Assembly (NCBI GenBank): GCA_046295175.1
Contig: JBKBNY010000004.1
Location: forward strand, 35,765-99,764
Source of the DNA: Spirosomataceae bacterium
Lineage (GTDB): Bacteria; Bacteroidota; Bacteroidia; Cytophagales; Spirosomataceae
DNA: 64,000 nt
Direction: 5' to 3'
Positions 19,209 through 29,826 of the stretch are shown here, in pieces. A program made the translations under genes and the position numbers. The notes beneath the pieces were generated by a model. The model searched no databases and was not told the origin of the DNA. It saw only the letters and a list, made by a program, of their open reading frames with translations. Position 1 is the first letter of the stretch. Each line of letters starts with the position of its first letter.

Positions 19209-21083
19209 ATGAAATTATCAAAACAATTACTTATTCTTGTTTTTATTCAATTTGTCATAGTCTGTACAGTCTATTCGCAAAAGCCACAAATTACCAGAAT
19301 CGACCCAACAAACTGGTATGTTGGTATGAAAAATCCGAATTTACAAGTATTAGTTTACGGAAATAATATTGCAAAATCAACTTTTGCATTGAAACCTTAT
19401 GCTGGTATAAAACTAAAAAAAGTACAAAAGGTAGAAAATCCGAATTACGTCTTTGTTGATTTAGAAATTTCTAAAACGGCAAAAGCGGGTTCGTTAGAGT
19501 TTGTTTTTTCAAATGGAAATTCAAAAAACTCGATTAAATACGAATTAAAAAATCGTTCGGCAAAACCACAAGGTGTTGACCAATCAGACTTCATTTATTT
19601 ACTAATGCCAGACCGTTTTGCTAATGGTGACGAATCGAACGATAAATTCGATGATTTGAATGATAAAAAAGCAGATAAGAATAATCCGTTCTTGCGTCAT
19701 GGAGGAGATTTGAAGGGGGTAACTGACCGTCTTGATTATTTAAAAGAATTGGGAGTTACCGCAATTTGGATGACACCTGTGATTGAGAACAATACAGAAT
19801 TGACCGATGAAGGAGGAACTTGGAGAAGCTCATACCACGGTTATCATTTTACAGATTTTTATCAGATTGACAAACGCTTTGGTGGAAATGAGGGCTATAA
19901 AAAATTTGTCAATGACGCACACGCCAAAGGCATTAAGGTTGTGCAAGATGCCGTTTATAATCACATCGGGCTGACAACTTGGTTTTACAAGGATTTACCC
20001 TCTAAAGATTGGATTAATCAATGGGATACTTACACCAACACTTCATACAAAGAACAGTCGATTGTTGACCCCAACGGCTCTGCTTATGACAGAAAAGTAT
20101 GTTCGGATGGATGGTTTACGAAGTTTCTACCCGATTTAAATCAAAGAAATCCGTTTTTGGCAAATTATCTCATTCAAAATACAATCTGGATAACCGAAAA
20201 TTTTGGGATTGATGCGTGGAGAATTGATACATACATGTACAACGATTTAGAATTTATGAATCGCTGCAATAAAGCATTGATGGATGAGTTTCCTAAGATT
20301 CATTTGTTTGGCGAATCTTGGGTAAGAAGTGTTTTCAACCAAGCGTATTTTACCAAAAATAATATCAATTTCCCATTCAAATGTAATCTTCCTGGTACAC
20401 TTGATTTCATGGTTCAGACAGGTATTTTAGATGGACTAAATCAAAGCTATGATTGGGATGCTGGCGTACAAAAATTATATCAGATTTTGGCACAAGATGG
20501 TGCTTACCAAGATGCTTCAAAAAATGTAACTTTCCTCGAAAACCACGATACCGACCGTTATTTTTCGGTAATTGGCGAAGACTTCGACAAATACAAAATG
20601 GGAATTACTTGGTTGCTAACCTTGAGAGGAATTCCACATTTTTATTATGGAACTGAAGTTTTGATGAAAAACTTTAAAAATCCATCAGATGCCGAGGTTC
20701 GTAAAGACTACCCCGGCGGATTCAAAGGAGATTCTGAAAATAAATTCACAAAAGAAGGTAGAAGTGCAAAAGAAAATGAGGCTTTTGAATTTGTAAGCAA
20801 ACTGGCCAATTATCGCAAAAAATCTGAAGCATTGACTAAAGGTAAATTTATGCAATTTGTTCCGTTTGAAGGCATTTATGTTTACTTCAGATACACAAAT
20901 AATCAGAGAGTTATGGTAATTAGCAATACCAATAAAGAAGAAAAAATCGTTGAAACTGCGAGATTCAATGAAATTTTGAAAGGCTCGAAATCTGCCCAAA
21001 ACGTATTGACAGGAGCAAACCTAAACGATGTATCGAAGATAACAATCCCAGCTAAAACTTCATGGGTTTTAGAAATAAAGTAA
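19209..21083 (+). CDS. GH13 alpha-amylase / cyclomaltodextrinase-like (SusA-like)
   Basis: The track ORF begins at a TTG (19149). The ATG at 19209 gives a clean signal peptide (MKLSKQLLILVFIQFVIVCTVYSQ). Motifs: DAVYNH, DAWRIDTYMY, FGESW and FLENHDTDR. Confidence 0.85.
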   Translation: MKLSKQLLILVFIQFVIVCTVYSQKPQITRIDPTNWYVGMKNPNLQVLVYGNNIAKSTFALKPYAGIKLKKVQKVENPNYVFVDLEISKTAKAGSLEFVFSNGNSKNSIKYELKNRSAKPQGVDQSDFIYLLMPDRFANGDESNDKFDDLNDKKADKNNPFLRHGGDLKGVTDRLDYLKELGVTAIWMTPVIENNTELTDEGGTWRSSYHGYHFTDFYQIDKRFGGNEGYKKFVNDAHAKGIKVVQDAVYNHIGLTTWFYKDLPSKDWINQWDTYTNTSYKEQSIVDPNGSAYDRKVCSDGWFTKFLPDLNQRNPFLANYLIQNTIWITENFGIDAWRIDTYMYNDLEFMNRCNKALMDEFPKIHLFGESWVRSVFNQAYFTKNNINFPFKCNLPGTLDFMVQTGILDGLNQSYDWDAGVQKLYQILAQDGAYQDASKNVTFLENHDTDRYFSVIGEDFDKYKMGITWLLTLRGIPHFYYGTEVLMKNFKNPSDAEVRKDYPGGFKGDSENKFTKEGRSAKENEAFEFVSKLANYRKKSEALTKGKFMQFVPFEGIYVYFRYTNNQRVMVISNTNKEEKIVETARFNEILKGSKSAQNVLTGANLNDVSKITIPAKTSWVLEIK

Positions 21084-21102
21084 TAAACCAAAGAAAAGAT
21101 AA

Positions 21103-21756
21103 ATGATAAAAGGATTTTTGTTTGACTTGGATGGAGTAATTGTCGAAACTGCAATTTTCCATTATCAAGCGTGGAAAAGAATGGCCAACGAATTAGGTTT
21201 TGATATTTCGGAAGAATTCAATGAAAAACTTAAAGGAGTTAGCCGAACAGAATCGCTCGAAATAATTTTAAATCACGGCGGAGTTGAATTATCAGAAGCA
21301 AAAAAAATAGAGCTGGCTACAAAAAAGAACGAATGGTATCTTGAATTAGTCAGTCAAATGACCGAAAAAGACATTTTGGAGGGAATTCCTGAGTTTTTTG
21401 AGCAAATTAAGCAAACAGATATTAAAATTGGTTTGGGGTCGGTTAGCAAAAATGCTAAGATGATTTTAGAGCGAGTTGGTCTGATTGAACAATTTGACGT
21501 AATTATCGACGGCACAAAAATCAGCAAGGGCAAACCAGACCCAGAAGTTTTCTTGAAAGGTGCCGAAGAATTCAGTTTTGCCCCAAACGAATGTTTGGTT
21601 TTTGAAGATGCCGTCGCAGGAGTTCAAGCGGCAAAGAATGCAGGTATGAAAGCAGTTGGTATTGGTAAACCAGAGGTTTTAACTCAAGCTGATGTTGTTT
21701 ACCCTAATCTTGAAGGGGTAAAAATTGATGAGATTTTGAATACAATTTTGAAATAA
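21103..21756 (+). CDS. pgmB: Beta-phosphoglucomutase (HAD family)
   Basis: 217 aa with FDLDGVIVET..LKGVSR..KGKPDPEVF..FEDAVAGVQAAKNAGM. Confidence 0.9.
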   Translation: MIKGFLFDLDGVIVETAIFHYQAWKRMANELGFDISEEFNEKLKGVSRTESLEIILNHGGVELSEAKKIELATKKNEWYLELVSQMTEKDILEGIPEFFEQIKQTDIKIGLGSVSKNAKMILERVGLIEQFDVIIDGTKISKGKPDPEVFLKGAEEFSFAPNECLVFEDAVAGVQAAKNAGMKAVGIGKPEVLTQADVVYPNLEGVKIDEILNTILK

Positions 21757-21774
21757 CGACGAAAATATACTTTA

Positions 21775-24114
21775 ATGAAAAATTACATTGTGCATGACGA
21801 ATGGAAAATTGTCGAAGACGGTTTTCATCCAGAATTTAATGAAATAACCGAAAGTCTCCTAAGCCTTGGTAACGGCCGAATGGGTCAGCGAGGAAACTTT
21901 GAGGAAAAATTTTCGGGTAAAAGTCTTCAAGGTAATTACATCGCTGGTGTTTGGTTTCCTGATAAAACCAGAGTTGGTTGGTGGAAAAACGGCTACCCTA
22001 ACTATTTTGCGAAGGTAATTAATGCGACAAATTGGGTCGGAATTGATGTTGAAATTGACGGCGAAGAACTTGATTTGAACGCGTCTGAGGTGTTACATTT
22101 CCACCGTTTTCTCGATATGAAAACCGGAATTTTGGAGCGATATTCTACTGTGAGACTACAAAACGGAAAAGAAATTGAGATTCAGTCTAAGCGTTTTTGT
22201 AGTATTGCCGACGACCACGCTGGTGTGGTTGAATATAGTTTGATTCCGAAAAATTTCTCTGGAAAAGTTAAAGTAACACCGTATTTGGATGGTAGCATCA
22301 AAAACCGTGATGCAAACTATGAGGAGACATTCTGGGAAGAAATCGCCAAAGAAACATCTTTTGGGCAAGGTGTTTTACACATAAAAACCAAAGAGAATCG
22401 CTTCAAAACCGAACGATTTGATTTGGTTTCGGCAATGAAAGTTGATGTTTGGCATGAAGGTAAGGCTATCGAATTTGAAACATTACCAATCAAAAAAGAA
22501 AAATACGTTGCTTGTGAAATCTCATTAGATTTGAAGCAAGACGAAAAAACAACCATTTATAAATATGTTGCGAATCTTTCGTCTTTAGATTATTCGGCTG
22601 AGGTTTTGGTTACCGAAACGAAAGCTTACGTTGAAAAAGTTGCAGCGAAAGGTTTTGAAACTTTGCAGCAAGAACACGCAAATAAATGGGCTGATAAATG
22701 GGAACATTGTGATATTGAAGTAGCGGGTGATGTTGCGGCACAGCAAGGAATCCGTTTTAATATTTTCCAACTTCTTCAAACTTATACTGGCGAAGACGCT
22801 CGTTTCAATATCGGTCCAAAAGGATTTACTGGTGAAAAATACGGTGGTGTGACTTACTGGGATACCGAAGCTTACTGTATTCCGTTTTATCTTTCGACAT
22901 CTGAGCAAAAAGTAGGTCGCAACCTGCTGGTTTATCGCCACAATCAGCTGCAAAAAGCAATCGAAAATGCTCAAAAATTAGGATTTTCGGATGGGGCGGC
23001 GTTGTATCCGATGGTTACAATGAATGGTGAAGAATGTCATAATGAGTGGGAGATAACATTTGAAGAAATCCACCGAAACGGAGCAATCGCTTACGGAATC
23101 TACGATTACATCAATTACACAGGCGATAAAAAATACTTGATAGAATTTGGGCTTGATGTATTGATTGGCATTTCACGTTTTTGGGCTCAAAGAGTGAATT
23201 GGTCGAGCGATAAGCAAAAATATGTCATGCTGGGTGTGACTGGGCCAAATGAGTATGAAAACAATGTAAACAACAACTGGTACACAAATTACATCGCTGT
23301 TTGGTGTTTAAAATACACCATGCAATCCATCGAAGAAGGTTCTAAGATTGATTCTAATCGAGTAAATGAAATTCTTTCAAATTTGAATTTCGATTGGGAA
23401 AAGGAAACCGAGAAATGGAATCATATCATCGAAAATATGTATTTCCCATACGACCCTGAGCGTCAGGTTTTCTTACAACAAGATGGCTTTTTAGACAAAG
23501 AATTATTAAACGTCTGCGATATTGCTCAACACCGTCCGATAAACCAAAAGTGGTCTTGGGATAGAATCCTTCGCTCATGCTTTATTAAACAAGCTGATGT
23601 TTTGCAGGGTATGTATTTCTTTGAAGATGACTTTACCGAAGAAGAACTACGTCGAAATTTCGATTTCTACGAGCCAATGACAGTTCATGAGTCTTCGTTG
23701 TCGCCTTGTGTACACGTAATTCATGCGGCTCGACTTGGCAAAAAAGAGAAGGCTTATGAAATGTACCTCCGTACCTCTCGTTTGGACTTGGATGATTATA
23801 ATAATGATACCGAAGATGGACTTCACATTACATCAATGGCAGGTACTTGGTTATCGGTTATTAAAGGATTTGGCGGAATGCGTGTAAAAGATAATCAGCT
23901 TCATTTTAATCCGTTTTTACCTGAGCAATGGCAATCTTTCAATTTCAGAATCGGGTTTAGAGGTAGTTTGATTGAAGTTGTTGTGAAACAAGATGAAATC
24001 GAAATAAAGAATCTATCTGAAAAATCAATTAGCGTATTTGTTCATGGAAACGAGGTTCAAATCGTAGGAAATTCAGTTCAAATCGCTGGTTATCAGCATT
24101 TTCAAGAAGCTTAA
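21775..24114 (+). CDS. GH65 maltose (or other alpha-glucoside) phosphorylase
   Basis: 779 aa. Family-typical motifs are SLGNGRMGQRGNFEE, GEKYGGVTYWDTE and EDGLHITSMAG. It sits beside pgmB. Confidence 0.9.
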   Translation: MKNYIVHDEWKIVEDGFHPEFNEITESLLSLGNGRMGQRGNFEEKFSGKSLQGNYIAGVWFPDKTRVGWWKNGYPNYFAKVINATNWVGIDVEIDGEELDLNASEVLHFHRFLDMKTGILERYSTVRLQNGKEIEIQSKRFCSIADDHAGVVEYSLIPKNFSGKVKVTPYLDGSIKNRDANYEETFWEEIAKETSFGQGVLHIKTKENRFKTERFDLVSAMKVDVWHEGKAIEFETLPIKKEKYVACEISLDLKQDEKTTIYKYVANLSSLDYSAEVLVTETKAYVEKVAAKGFETLQQEHANKWADKWEHCDIEVAGDVAAQQGIRFNIFQLLQTYTGEDARFNIGPKGFTGEKYGGVTYWDTEAYCIPFYLSTSEQKVGRNLLVYRHNQLQKAIENAQKLGFSDGAALYPMVTMNGEECHNEWEITFEEIHRNGAIAYGIYDYINYTGDKKYLIEFGLDVLIGISRFWAQRVNWSSDKQKYVMLGVTGPNEYENNVNNNWYTNYIAVWCLKYTMQSIEEGSKIDSNRVNEILSNLNFDWEKETEKWNHIIENMYFPYDPERQVFLQQDGFLDKELLNVCDIAQHRPINQKWSWDRILRSCFIKQADVLQGMYFFEDDFTEEELRRNFDFYEPMTVHESSLSPCVHVIHAARLGKKEKAYEMYLRTSRLDLDDYNNDTEDGLHITSMAGTWLSVIKGFGGMRVKDNQLHFNPFLPEQWQSFNFRIGFRGSLIEVVVKQDEIEIKNLSEKSISVFVHGNEVQIVGNSVQIAGYQHFQEA

Positions 24115-24135
24115 TAATATATTATTAGAATTTCA

Positions 24136-24165
24136 AAAATGCCTCGCAAAAGCGAGGCATTTTTA
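24136..24165 (+). terminator. Intrinsic terminator after the maltose phosphorylase gene
   Basis: AAAATGCCTCGC pairs with GCGAGGCATTTT across loop AAAA, followed by a T-run. Confidence 0.75.
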
Positions 24166-24230
24166 GTTAATGAAACTCAGAATTTGTATTTGAAAGGTCA
24201 AAAGATTAAATTCGAGAAAATTTCAAAGAA

Positions 24231-24806
24231 ATGACATTAGTATCGCAACGAAAAAAATATTCAGAAACCGAGTATTTAGATTTTGAGAACAAATCTAAAC
24301 ACCGTCATGAATATATAAATGGATTTTTAAGAAGAATGGGATACGCATCGCACAACCACGAAACAATTGTTGCAAACCTTATTAGACTATTAGGGAATCA
24401 CTATTTTGGACAAGATTATACAGTTCTTGGGAGTAACCGTTTGGTCTATGTACCTGATTGTGAAAAATATTATTATCCTGATGTAACAGTCGTAAAAGGA
24501 AAGTCAAATTTCAAAGAATTTAAAGGAAAAATGGTCGCTACTTTAAATCCTTATTTGATTGTAGAGGTGCTTTCTGATAGTACATCAGAGATTGACCGAA
24601 GCGAAAAATTAGAATGTTATCAAAAAATTGAAAGTTTACAATACTATTTTATTGTCTCGCAAGATTCTAAAAATATTCAAATCTACAGCCGCACTGACGA
24701 CCCTAAATTCTGGCTTTCGGGTCTATTTAATGCGAATGATGAGTATATCAATATTAATGATAATAAATTAAGAATTGACCATATTTACCATCAAATTGAA
24801 TTCTAA
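24231..24806 (+). CDS. Uma2 (DUF820) family PD-(D/E)xK endonuclease-like protein
   Basis: 191 aa with YPDVTVV...IVEVLSDST..DRSEK...Y, the typical Uma2 core. Confidence 0.7.
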   Translation: MTLVSQRKKYSETEYLDFENKSKHRHEYINGFLRRMGYASHNHETIVANLIRLLGNHYFGQDYTVLGSNRLVYVPDCEKYYYPDVTVVKGKSNFKEFKGKMVATLNPYLIVEVLSDSTSEIDRSEKLECYQKIESLQYYFIVSQDSKNIQIYSRTDDPKFWLSGLFNANDEYININDNKLRIDHIYHQIEF

Positions 24807-24866
24807 AAAGCATCAACGGAACTCTTAATACGTATTTTTTGTAGATGTAACATTGAATAAAAATAC

Positions 24867-25979
24867 ATGTTAAGAATTCTAAAAAAAATGCTTATTTATT
24901 TATTAGTAACAATAGTAGTTTTGGTAGTTGCCACTCTCCTATTTATGCAATTACCTCAATTTGGTAAAACTCCTACCGGAAAAAGACTTGAAAGAATTTT
25001 AAAATCTCCAAATTATCGAGAAGGTAAATTTCAAAATCAACATTTTACTCCAGATTTAGCCGAGGGTACGACCTACATTGACATCTTGAAGGCCTATCTA
25101 CAAACTGTTCCCGAAAAAGAACCAACCCAAAAACTTCCTTCAGTAAAAACAGATTTAAAAAATATCAAATCAGATAAACCTGTAATTGTTTGGTTTGGGC
25201 ATTCTTCATATTTACTGCAAATTGATGGGAAAAAGATTTTAGTTGACCCAGTTTTTAGTGGAAATGCTTCGCCTGTTTCGTTTTTTGGAAAAAATTATGA
25301 CGGAACTAATGAATATAATGTAGATGATTTTCCCGAATTGGATTTATTAATAATTACACATGACCATTACGACCATCTCGATTACGAAACAGTCAAAAAG
25401 TTAGAAACAAAAGTTAAAAAAGTAATTACCTCACTCGGGACTGGTGAACATTTAGAATATTGGGGCTATAACCCTAATAAAATCGTAGAATTAGATTGGT
25501 GGGAAAGTACAAAACTCGATGATTCTACTTCGATTACCTCAACACCTGCGAGGCATTTCTCGGGTAGAGGATTCAAACGTAATCAATCATTTTGGTCATC
25601 TTTCGTTTTTAAAACACCCAATTACCAAATTTATCTTGGCGGAGACTCTGGATATGACTCACATTTTAAAGAAATAAACGCACGATTTGGAGAATTCGAT
25701 TTAGCAATTCTTGAATGTGGTCAATATAACGACATGTGGAAATACATCCATTTCAAACCCGAAGAAGTAGTACAAGCAGCCAAAGATTTAAACACAAAAC
25801 TCTTATTACCAGTACATTGGAGTAAATTTACATTGGGGCTTCACCCATGGAAAGAACCAATTGAAAGAGTTACAAAAGAAGCCGAAATTCAGAAAATGCC
25901 AATAACCACGCCGATGATTGGTGAAAAGATGATTCTTGGCGAAAATCAACCAACAAAAAGATGGTGGGAAGGTTTTTAA
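24867..25979 (+). CDS. Membrane-anchored MBL-fold metallo-hydrolase (NAPE-PLD-like)
   Basis: 370 aa with an N-terminal TM helix and the ITHDHYDHLD metal motif. Confidence 0.75.
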   Translation: MLRILKKMLIYLLVTIVVLVVATLLFMQLPQFGKTPTGKRLERILKSPNYREGKFQNQHFTPDLAEGTTYIDILKAYLQTVPEKEPTQKLPSVKTDLKNIKSDKPVIVWFGHSSYLLQIDGKKILVDPVFSGNASPVSFFGKNYDGTNEYNVDDFPELDLLIITHDHYDHLDYETVKKLETKVKKVITSLGTGEHLEYWGYNPNKIVELDWWESTKLDDSTSITSTPARHFSGRGFKRNQSFWSSFVFKTPNYQIYLGGDSGYDSHFKEINARFGEFDLAILECGQYNDMWKYIHFKPEEVVQAAKDLNTKLLLPVHWSKFTLGLHPWKEPIERVTKEAEIQKMPITTPMIGEKMILGENQPTKRWWEGF

Positions 25980-26014
25980 CCAAAGGCAAAGTCTATGACC
26001 TTGCCTTTGGTTTT
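25978..26014. terminator. Bidirectional terminator between convergent genes
   Basis: AACCAAAGGCAA (25978-25989) pairs with TTGCCTTTGGTT (26001-26012). Confidence 0.6.
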
Positions 26015-26020
26015 GAGGTT

Positions 26021-27724
26021 TTAGTACCTCCAACTCGTCAAATCTGCACCTTTAGGAGCTGAAAGTTCGATGCGTTTCAACCATTTAGGAATATACATTG
26101 TATTGTATCTCAATCTTGAAATATAATTCGGATTGTTATGGTCGCCGTTCCAGCAGTGCTCGGCACGGTCGCCATAATCTACTTCTCCGTAATAATGTGG
26201 TTTTTCGGTCTTTTTCAGAAAATCCTCCATCAAATAAACTGCATTATTGAGATAAAAATTATCCATATCGCCGCAATAAATATGGATTTTACCTTGCAGT
26301 TTAGTGCCTAATTTTGTCCAATCTCGCTTCAAAATATGGAGTAAATCATAATTTTCACGCCAATATTCAGCAACTTTAGGGTCTATTTCTCCAGTTAGTT
26401 TGTTGAATATTGGTTTCGGATAACCATCTTCGCCCATTGGGCTATAAACTGCTTCCCAAATATCAAATTGGTCACCACTTCTTGATTTATTGCCCATAGC
26501 CAATTCACGGTGATTCATATCTTCAACAGTACAGGCAATTTGCCCAAGATAATTTCTTTTCCCAGGCTTTTTGGTTTTCTTAAAACTTCCTTCATTGTAG
26601 TAAGCATTTTTGTCTTTGTAAATATTTACAGAAGTGTAAGCATCGAATGCAATTGGGTCTGGGCAAGCTGCAAAACATCCATTAAATTCATCGGGATAAA
26701 AAACTTGAGCTGCTAAAGCCTCCCAACCTCCAGTTGAGCCTCCGTACATGAACCTTGCCCATCCTTGTCCGATTCCTCTAAATCGTTTTTCAATCTCAGG
26801 AATTAGCTCATAAGTAATTGCATCGCCGTAAGGCCCCATATTTGCCGAATTTACGGCGTAAGAATCATCATAATAAGGGGTTGCATGTTGGATTTCGATT
26901 ACCAAAAATCTCGGGAAATTCGGAGAAGTCCATTGCTTGTAGAAATTATAAGCTTCTTGGGCTACTAATTTTTTGTATCCATAAATCCCAAACCTTTCGA
27001 TATAATCGGTTGTATCCATGTTTGCTGGTGGAGGAGTCTCGCTAAAACCATCAAAATCAGCAGGAAAATGACCATGATTTACACAAAGTGGGTAACGAGC
27101 TTCGGGATGTTCGTCAAAACCGTAGGGTAACAAAACATGAGCACCGAGATACATCGGACGCCCCCAAAACTCAGTAAGAAGTTTACTCTGAATCTTTATG
27201 TGCTTGATGTACTTTGTATCTTTTGGTTCGGGAATTGCTGGCATTTCAACATCGAGGGTAACTTTAAAAACTGCATTCTTTTTCAAAGTAATTTTGATTG
27301 GTTTTGTCATCAAATTACCTGGTGCAATTCTCCAATTTTGCCCCTCGCCTCTATCCATCGGTAATTTAACGGGTGGACCAACTTTGCGATTGAATGTCTC
27401 GTATTTATGCAAAACAACTTGCAAATAGTATTCGCCCTCAGGAAACTCATTGAGGCTTTTGATTGGATAACCAAATGAATTAGTGGCATTGACTTCAAAA
27501 ACTTGTCCGTTTTTCCAATTTTCTACATCTGCACCAAAAAGCTGTTGTGTATCGACTTCATCTTTAATCTGAAATCGGGGTTCGGCTTTGGCATCATTTG
27601 AAAGCAATACCATCAAACGCCCATCGAGTAAGCCTTTGTGGAGATTTGGAGAAACAGAAATCTGGAATTTTACTTGCGAAAATGCAGAAAATGAAAAAAA
27701 TAAAAGAATCAAGAGTTTTTTCAT
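26021..27724 (-). CDS. Secreted alpha/beta-hydrolase (enterochelin-esterase-like 'putative esterase')
   Basis: 567 aa with a signal peptide. The GGSTGGWEALAAQVFYPDEFNGCFAACPDP region resembles the putative-esterase fold. The assignment is tentative. Confidence 0.45.
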   Translation of the reverse strand: MKKLLILLFFSFSAFSQVKFQISVSPNLHKGLLDGRLMVLLSNDAKAEPRFQIKDEVDTQQLFGADVENWKNGQVFEVNATNSFGYPIKSLNEFPEGEYYLQVVLHKYETFNRKVGPPVKLPMDRGEGQNWRIAPGNLMTKPIKITLKKNAVFKVTLDVEMPAIPEPKDTKYIKHIKIQSKLLTEFWGRPMYLGAHVLLPYGFDEHPEARYPLCVNHGHFPADFDGFSETPPPANMDTTDYIERFGIYGYKKLVAQEAYNFYKQWTSPNFPRFLVIEIQHATPYYDDSYAVNSANMGPYGDAITYELIPEIEKRFRGIGQGWARFMYGGSTGGWEALAAQVFYPDEFNGCFAACPDPIAFDAYTSVNIYKDKNAYYNEGSFKKTKKPGKRNYLGQIACTVEDMNHRELAMGNKSRSGDQFDIWEAVYSPMGEDGYPKPIFNKLTGEIDPKVAEYWRENYDLLHILKRDWTKLGTKLQGKIHIYCGDMDNFYLNNAVYLMEDFLKKTEKPHYYGEVDYGDRAEHCWNGDHNNPNYISRLRYNTMYIPKWLKRIELSAPKGADLTSWRY

Positions 27725-27761
27725 AGTTTGTCGTTTAGTTTTAACAAATCTACAAAAAAAG

Positions 27762-27791
27762 CCTTCATAAAAATGAAGGCTTCGTTACAAT
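27762..27791 (-). terminator. Intrinsic terminator
   Basis: AAGCCTTCA pairs with TGAAGGCTT. On the minus strand it is followed by TTTTTTT. Confidence 0.65.
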
Positions 27792-27811
27792 TAAGTTATA
27801 TTTTGTTTTAA

Positions 27812-28531
27812 TTATTCAATAATGTATTTGCCATCTGATGCAACTCGAACTTTGGGCAATGCCTTTGTTTTTTCGAAGGCATCATACCCAGGCTTGAGCC
27901 ACGACCAAAACTCAGCATTTTCTCCCGTTAACTCACTCATATCATCCATTTTCATTGGAAAAATATGTACTGGAATATTCTGGCCGTTCGATTTTGCCTT
28001 TGCCGCAATCAAATACAATTCTTCAATCATATCATCTCCAATCGGGATACAACCGATAGTTATGCAGCTTCCGTGAATGAAAATATTGTCTCCGGGATTG
28101 AGTTTATCAGCAAATACTAAATCGGATTCATTAGGATAATTGATTCTGAAAGACAAATGGTATTGACTCTGAGGATTAAAGAAATTTACGGTATAAAATC
28201 CTTCTGGAATCTGTCTGTCGCCCGAACGCCTTTTTGGGCCTAAAACACCAGTTGTAGCACAGAAATCGTAAGTTTTGAGCCATTTGTAAGAATTATCCGA
28301 TTTATTTTTCGCGAATAATTCTAATTTTTGTTCTTTCTTAAATGCTCTCAAAAAAATCTCAAAGTTTTTAGAATCGATTCCATTCGATGATAAAAGTGTT
28401 TCAATTGCCCTACCTTTATTTATCTGGGCTTTTTTTACTCTTGGAAAAGATAATTGTTGAGAATAGAAATCAGAATTGACCATTGCAATTGAAGAAATCA
28501 TCAGCAGTGAAAAAAATAGAGTTTTTTTCAT
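27812..28531 (-). CDS. L,D-transpeptidase (YkuD/YafK-like) family protein
   Basis: 239 aa with a signal peptide. IFIHGSCITIGCIP resembles the H..(S/T)xGC catalytic motif. Confidence 0.5.
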   Translation of the reverse strand: MKKTLFFSLLMISSIAMVNSDFYSQQLSFPRVKKAQINKGRAIETLLSSNGIDSKNFEIFLRAFKKEQKLELFAKNKSDNSYKWLKTYDFCATTGVLGPKRRSGDRQIPEGFYTVNFFNPQSQYHLSFRINYPNESDLVFADKLNPGDNIFIHGSCITIGCIPIGDDMIEELYLIAAKAKSNGQNIPVHIFPMKMDDMSELTGENAEFWSWLKPGYDAFEKTKALPKVRVASDGKYIIE

Positions 28532-28665
28532 GTTTTAAGGGGTTATCGTAAATAGTATATATTCATTGGGGTATGTAAATTTTGAAAAAAAATGTCTTAT
28601 TTCAAAATTTAACCGTCCAAGAATGCTATTCTTTGATAAAAATCACAATAATTTACCCTAAAAAC

Positions 28666-29544
28666 TCATTTTAGTAACCATTTCAAGAAAACTGGCATAG
28701 CTACGCTCCATGTTTTTTGATTGTGTTCGCCACCTTCCACCTCATGATAAATTACATCAGTTTCTCGTTTGTAGCCCTTATTTTCTAATTCCTTTATCAA
28801 ATCAAGCGTATCATCGATTGAGTCAATTATACCGTTTCCGTTTCGGTCATCTTTTTCGTCATTAGTTCCACACTCAAACCAAAATTTTTGACCTTCGTTT
28901 TTCGATTTCTCACGTACCAAAACGTGCATTATTCGGTCATTGTGGTCATCGTAGCCGTCTTCATAAGCCTTTTTTCTCCACCAAAACGAACCGCTAAAAA
29001 CACCTACTCTTGAAAATAAATCAGGATTATTCCAGACAATATCCATTGCCGATAATCCTCCTAATGAAAAGCCGCAAAAGTAGTTGTCATCTTTAGAGGT
29101 TGATACTTTATATTTTTGGGTAATCTCCTTAATCAACTCATTGATAATAAACTGATTATACTTTGTCGCTAAATCACCTCGACCCTTATAATCTGCCATT
29201 TTGGCAGTTCCGTATTCTTTAATACGATTTTGGTTTGTGTGAATTGCAATGAGTACAAATGACGGGATTTCTTGATTTTGATAAAGAGTATTTAGAACTT
29301 CTTCCATTTTTAGGGCATCTAAATCTTGGCCATCGTTCATGTATAATGTCTTAAATTTCTGTGAAGACAACTCGTAATCTGGTGGAAGAATAACGTCATA
29401 GACCACATTGCGGTCGAGGAATTTTGAATGTATTTTTTGGTTACGTAGGATGTTTACTTTCACTTGCGAAAAGGCTTTGTTTGTTGATAATGCTGGCAAA
29501 ATTAACAAAAGAATAATTTTAAAAAATCTATTAAAGTCTTGCAT
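28666..29544 (-). CDS. Alpha/beta hydrolase ('putative esterase' family)
   Basis: 292 aa with a signal peptide, the GFSLGG nucleophile elbow and a late conserved His (GGEHN). Confidence 0.65.
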   Translation of the reverse strand: MQDFNRFFKIILLLILPALSTNKAFSQVKVNILRNQKIHSKFLDRNVVYDVILPPDYELSSQKFKTLYMNDGQDLDALKMEEVLNTLYQNQEIPSFVLIAIHTNQNRIKEYGTAKMADYKGRGDLATKYNQFIINELIKEITQKYKVSTSKDDNYFCGFSLGGLSAMDIVWNNPDLFSRVGVFSGSFWWRKKAYEDGYDDHNDRIMHVLVREKSKNEGQKFWFECGTNDEKDDRNGNGIIDSIDDTLDLIKELENKGYKRETDVIYHEVEGGEHNQKTWSVAMPVFLKWLLK

Positions 29545-29826
29545 TTGATTTTTTTTATAAATATTATCGTCTGAACATTAACAAAAATATTCGTTGGCAG
29601 TTTAAAACAATTCTAAAAGCAAAGTTAATACTTGAAAATATTTACAAAATTTAATTTACTCAATTTAAAAATTAACAGAATATTATATTTGAAATAAAAT
29701 ATCATTTGATTTAAAATCAAAACAATATTCCGAAAATAAATTTTGAATGACAAATTTTAATATTGAACTTTGCATCCACAAAACATTCTTTAACAGCAAT
29801 TTAGCTAACCTAAATTAGACTTCATC

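Noticed and set aside
15958-24114. Maltodextrin genes as a canonical polysaccharide utilisation locus (PUL)
   Set aside because: No SusC/SusD pair is present. Uptake seems to rely on an MFS transporter. This is ordinary starch/maltose catabolism and not novel.
24231-24806. Uma2 endonuclease-like gene as a restriction/defence or mobile-element marker
   Set aside because: It is a single small gene without a methylase, toxin-antitoxin partner, integrase or flanking repeats. Uma2 genes are common scattered singletons.
28577-28610. 11-bp perfect inverted repeat AAATTTTGAAA ... TTTCAAAATTT
   Set aside because: It is an all-A/T stem in AT-rich intergenic DNA, so it is thermodynamically weak and likely to arise by chance. 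It may at most be a weak terminator for the 28666 gene.
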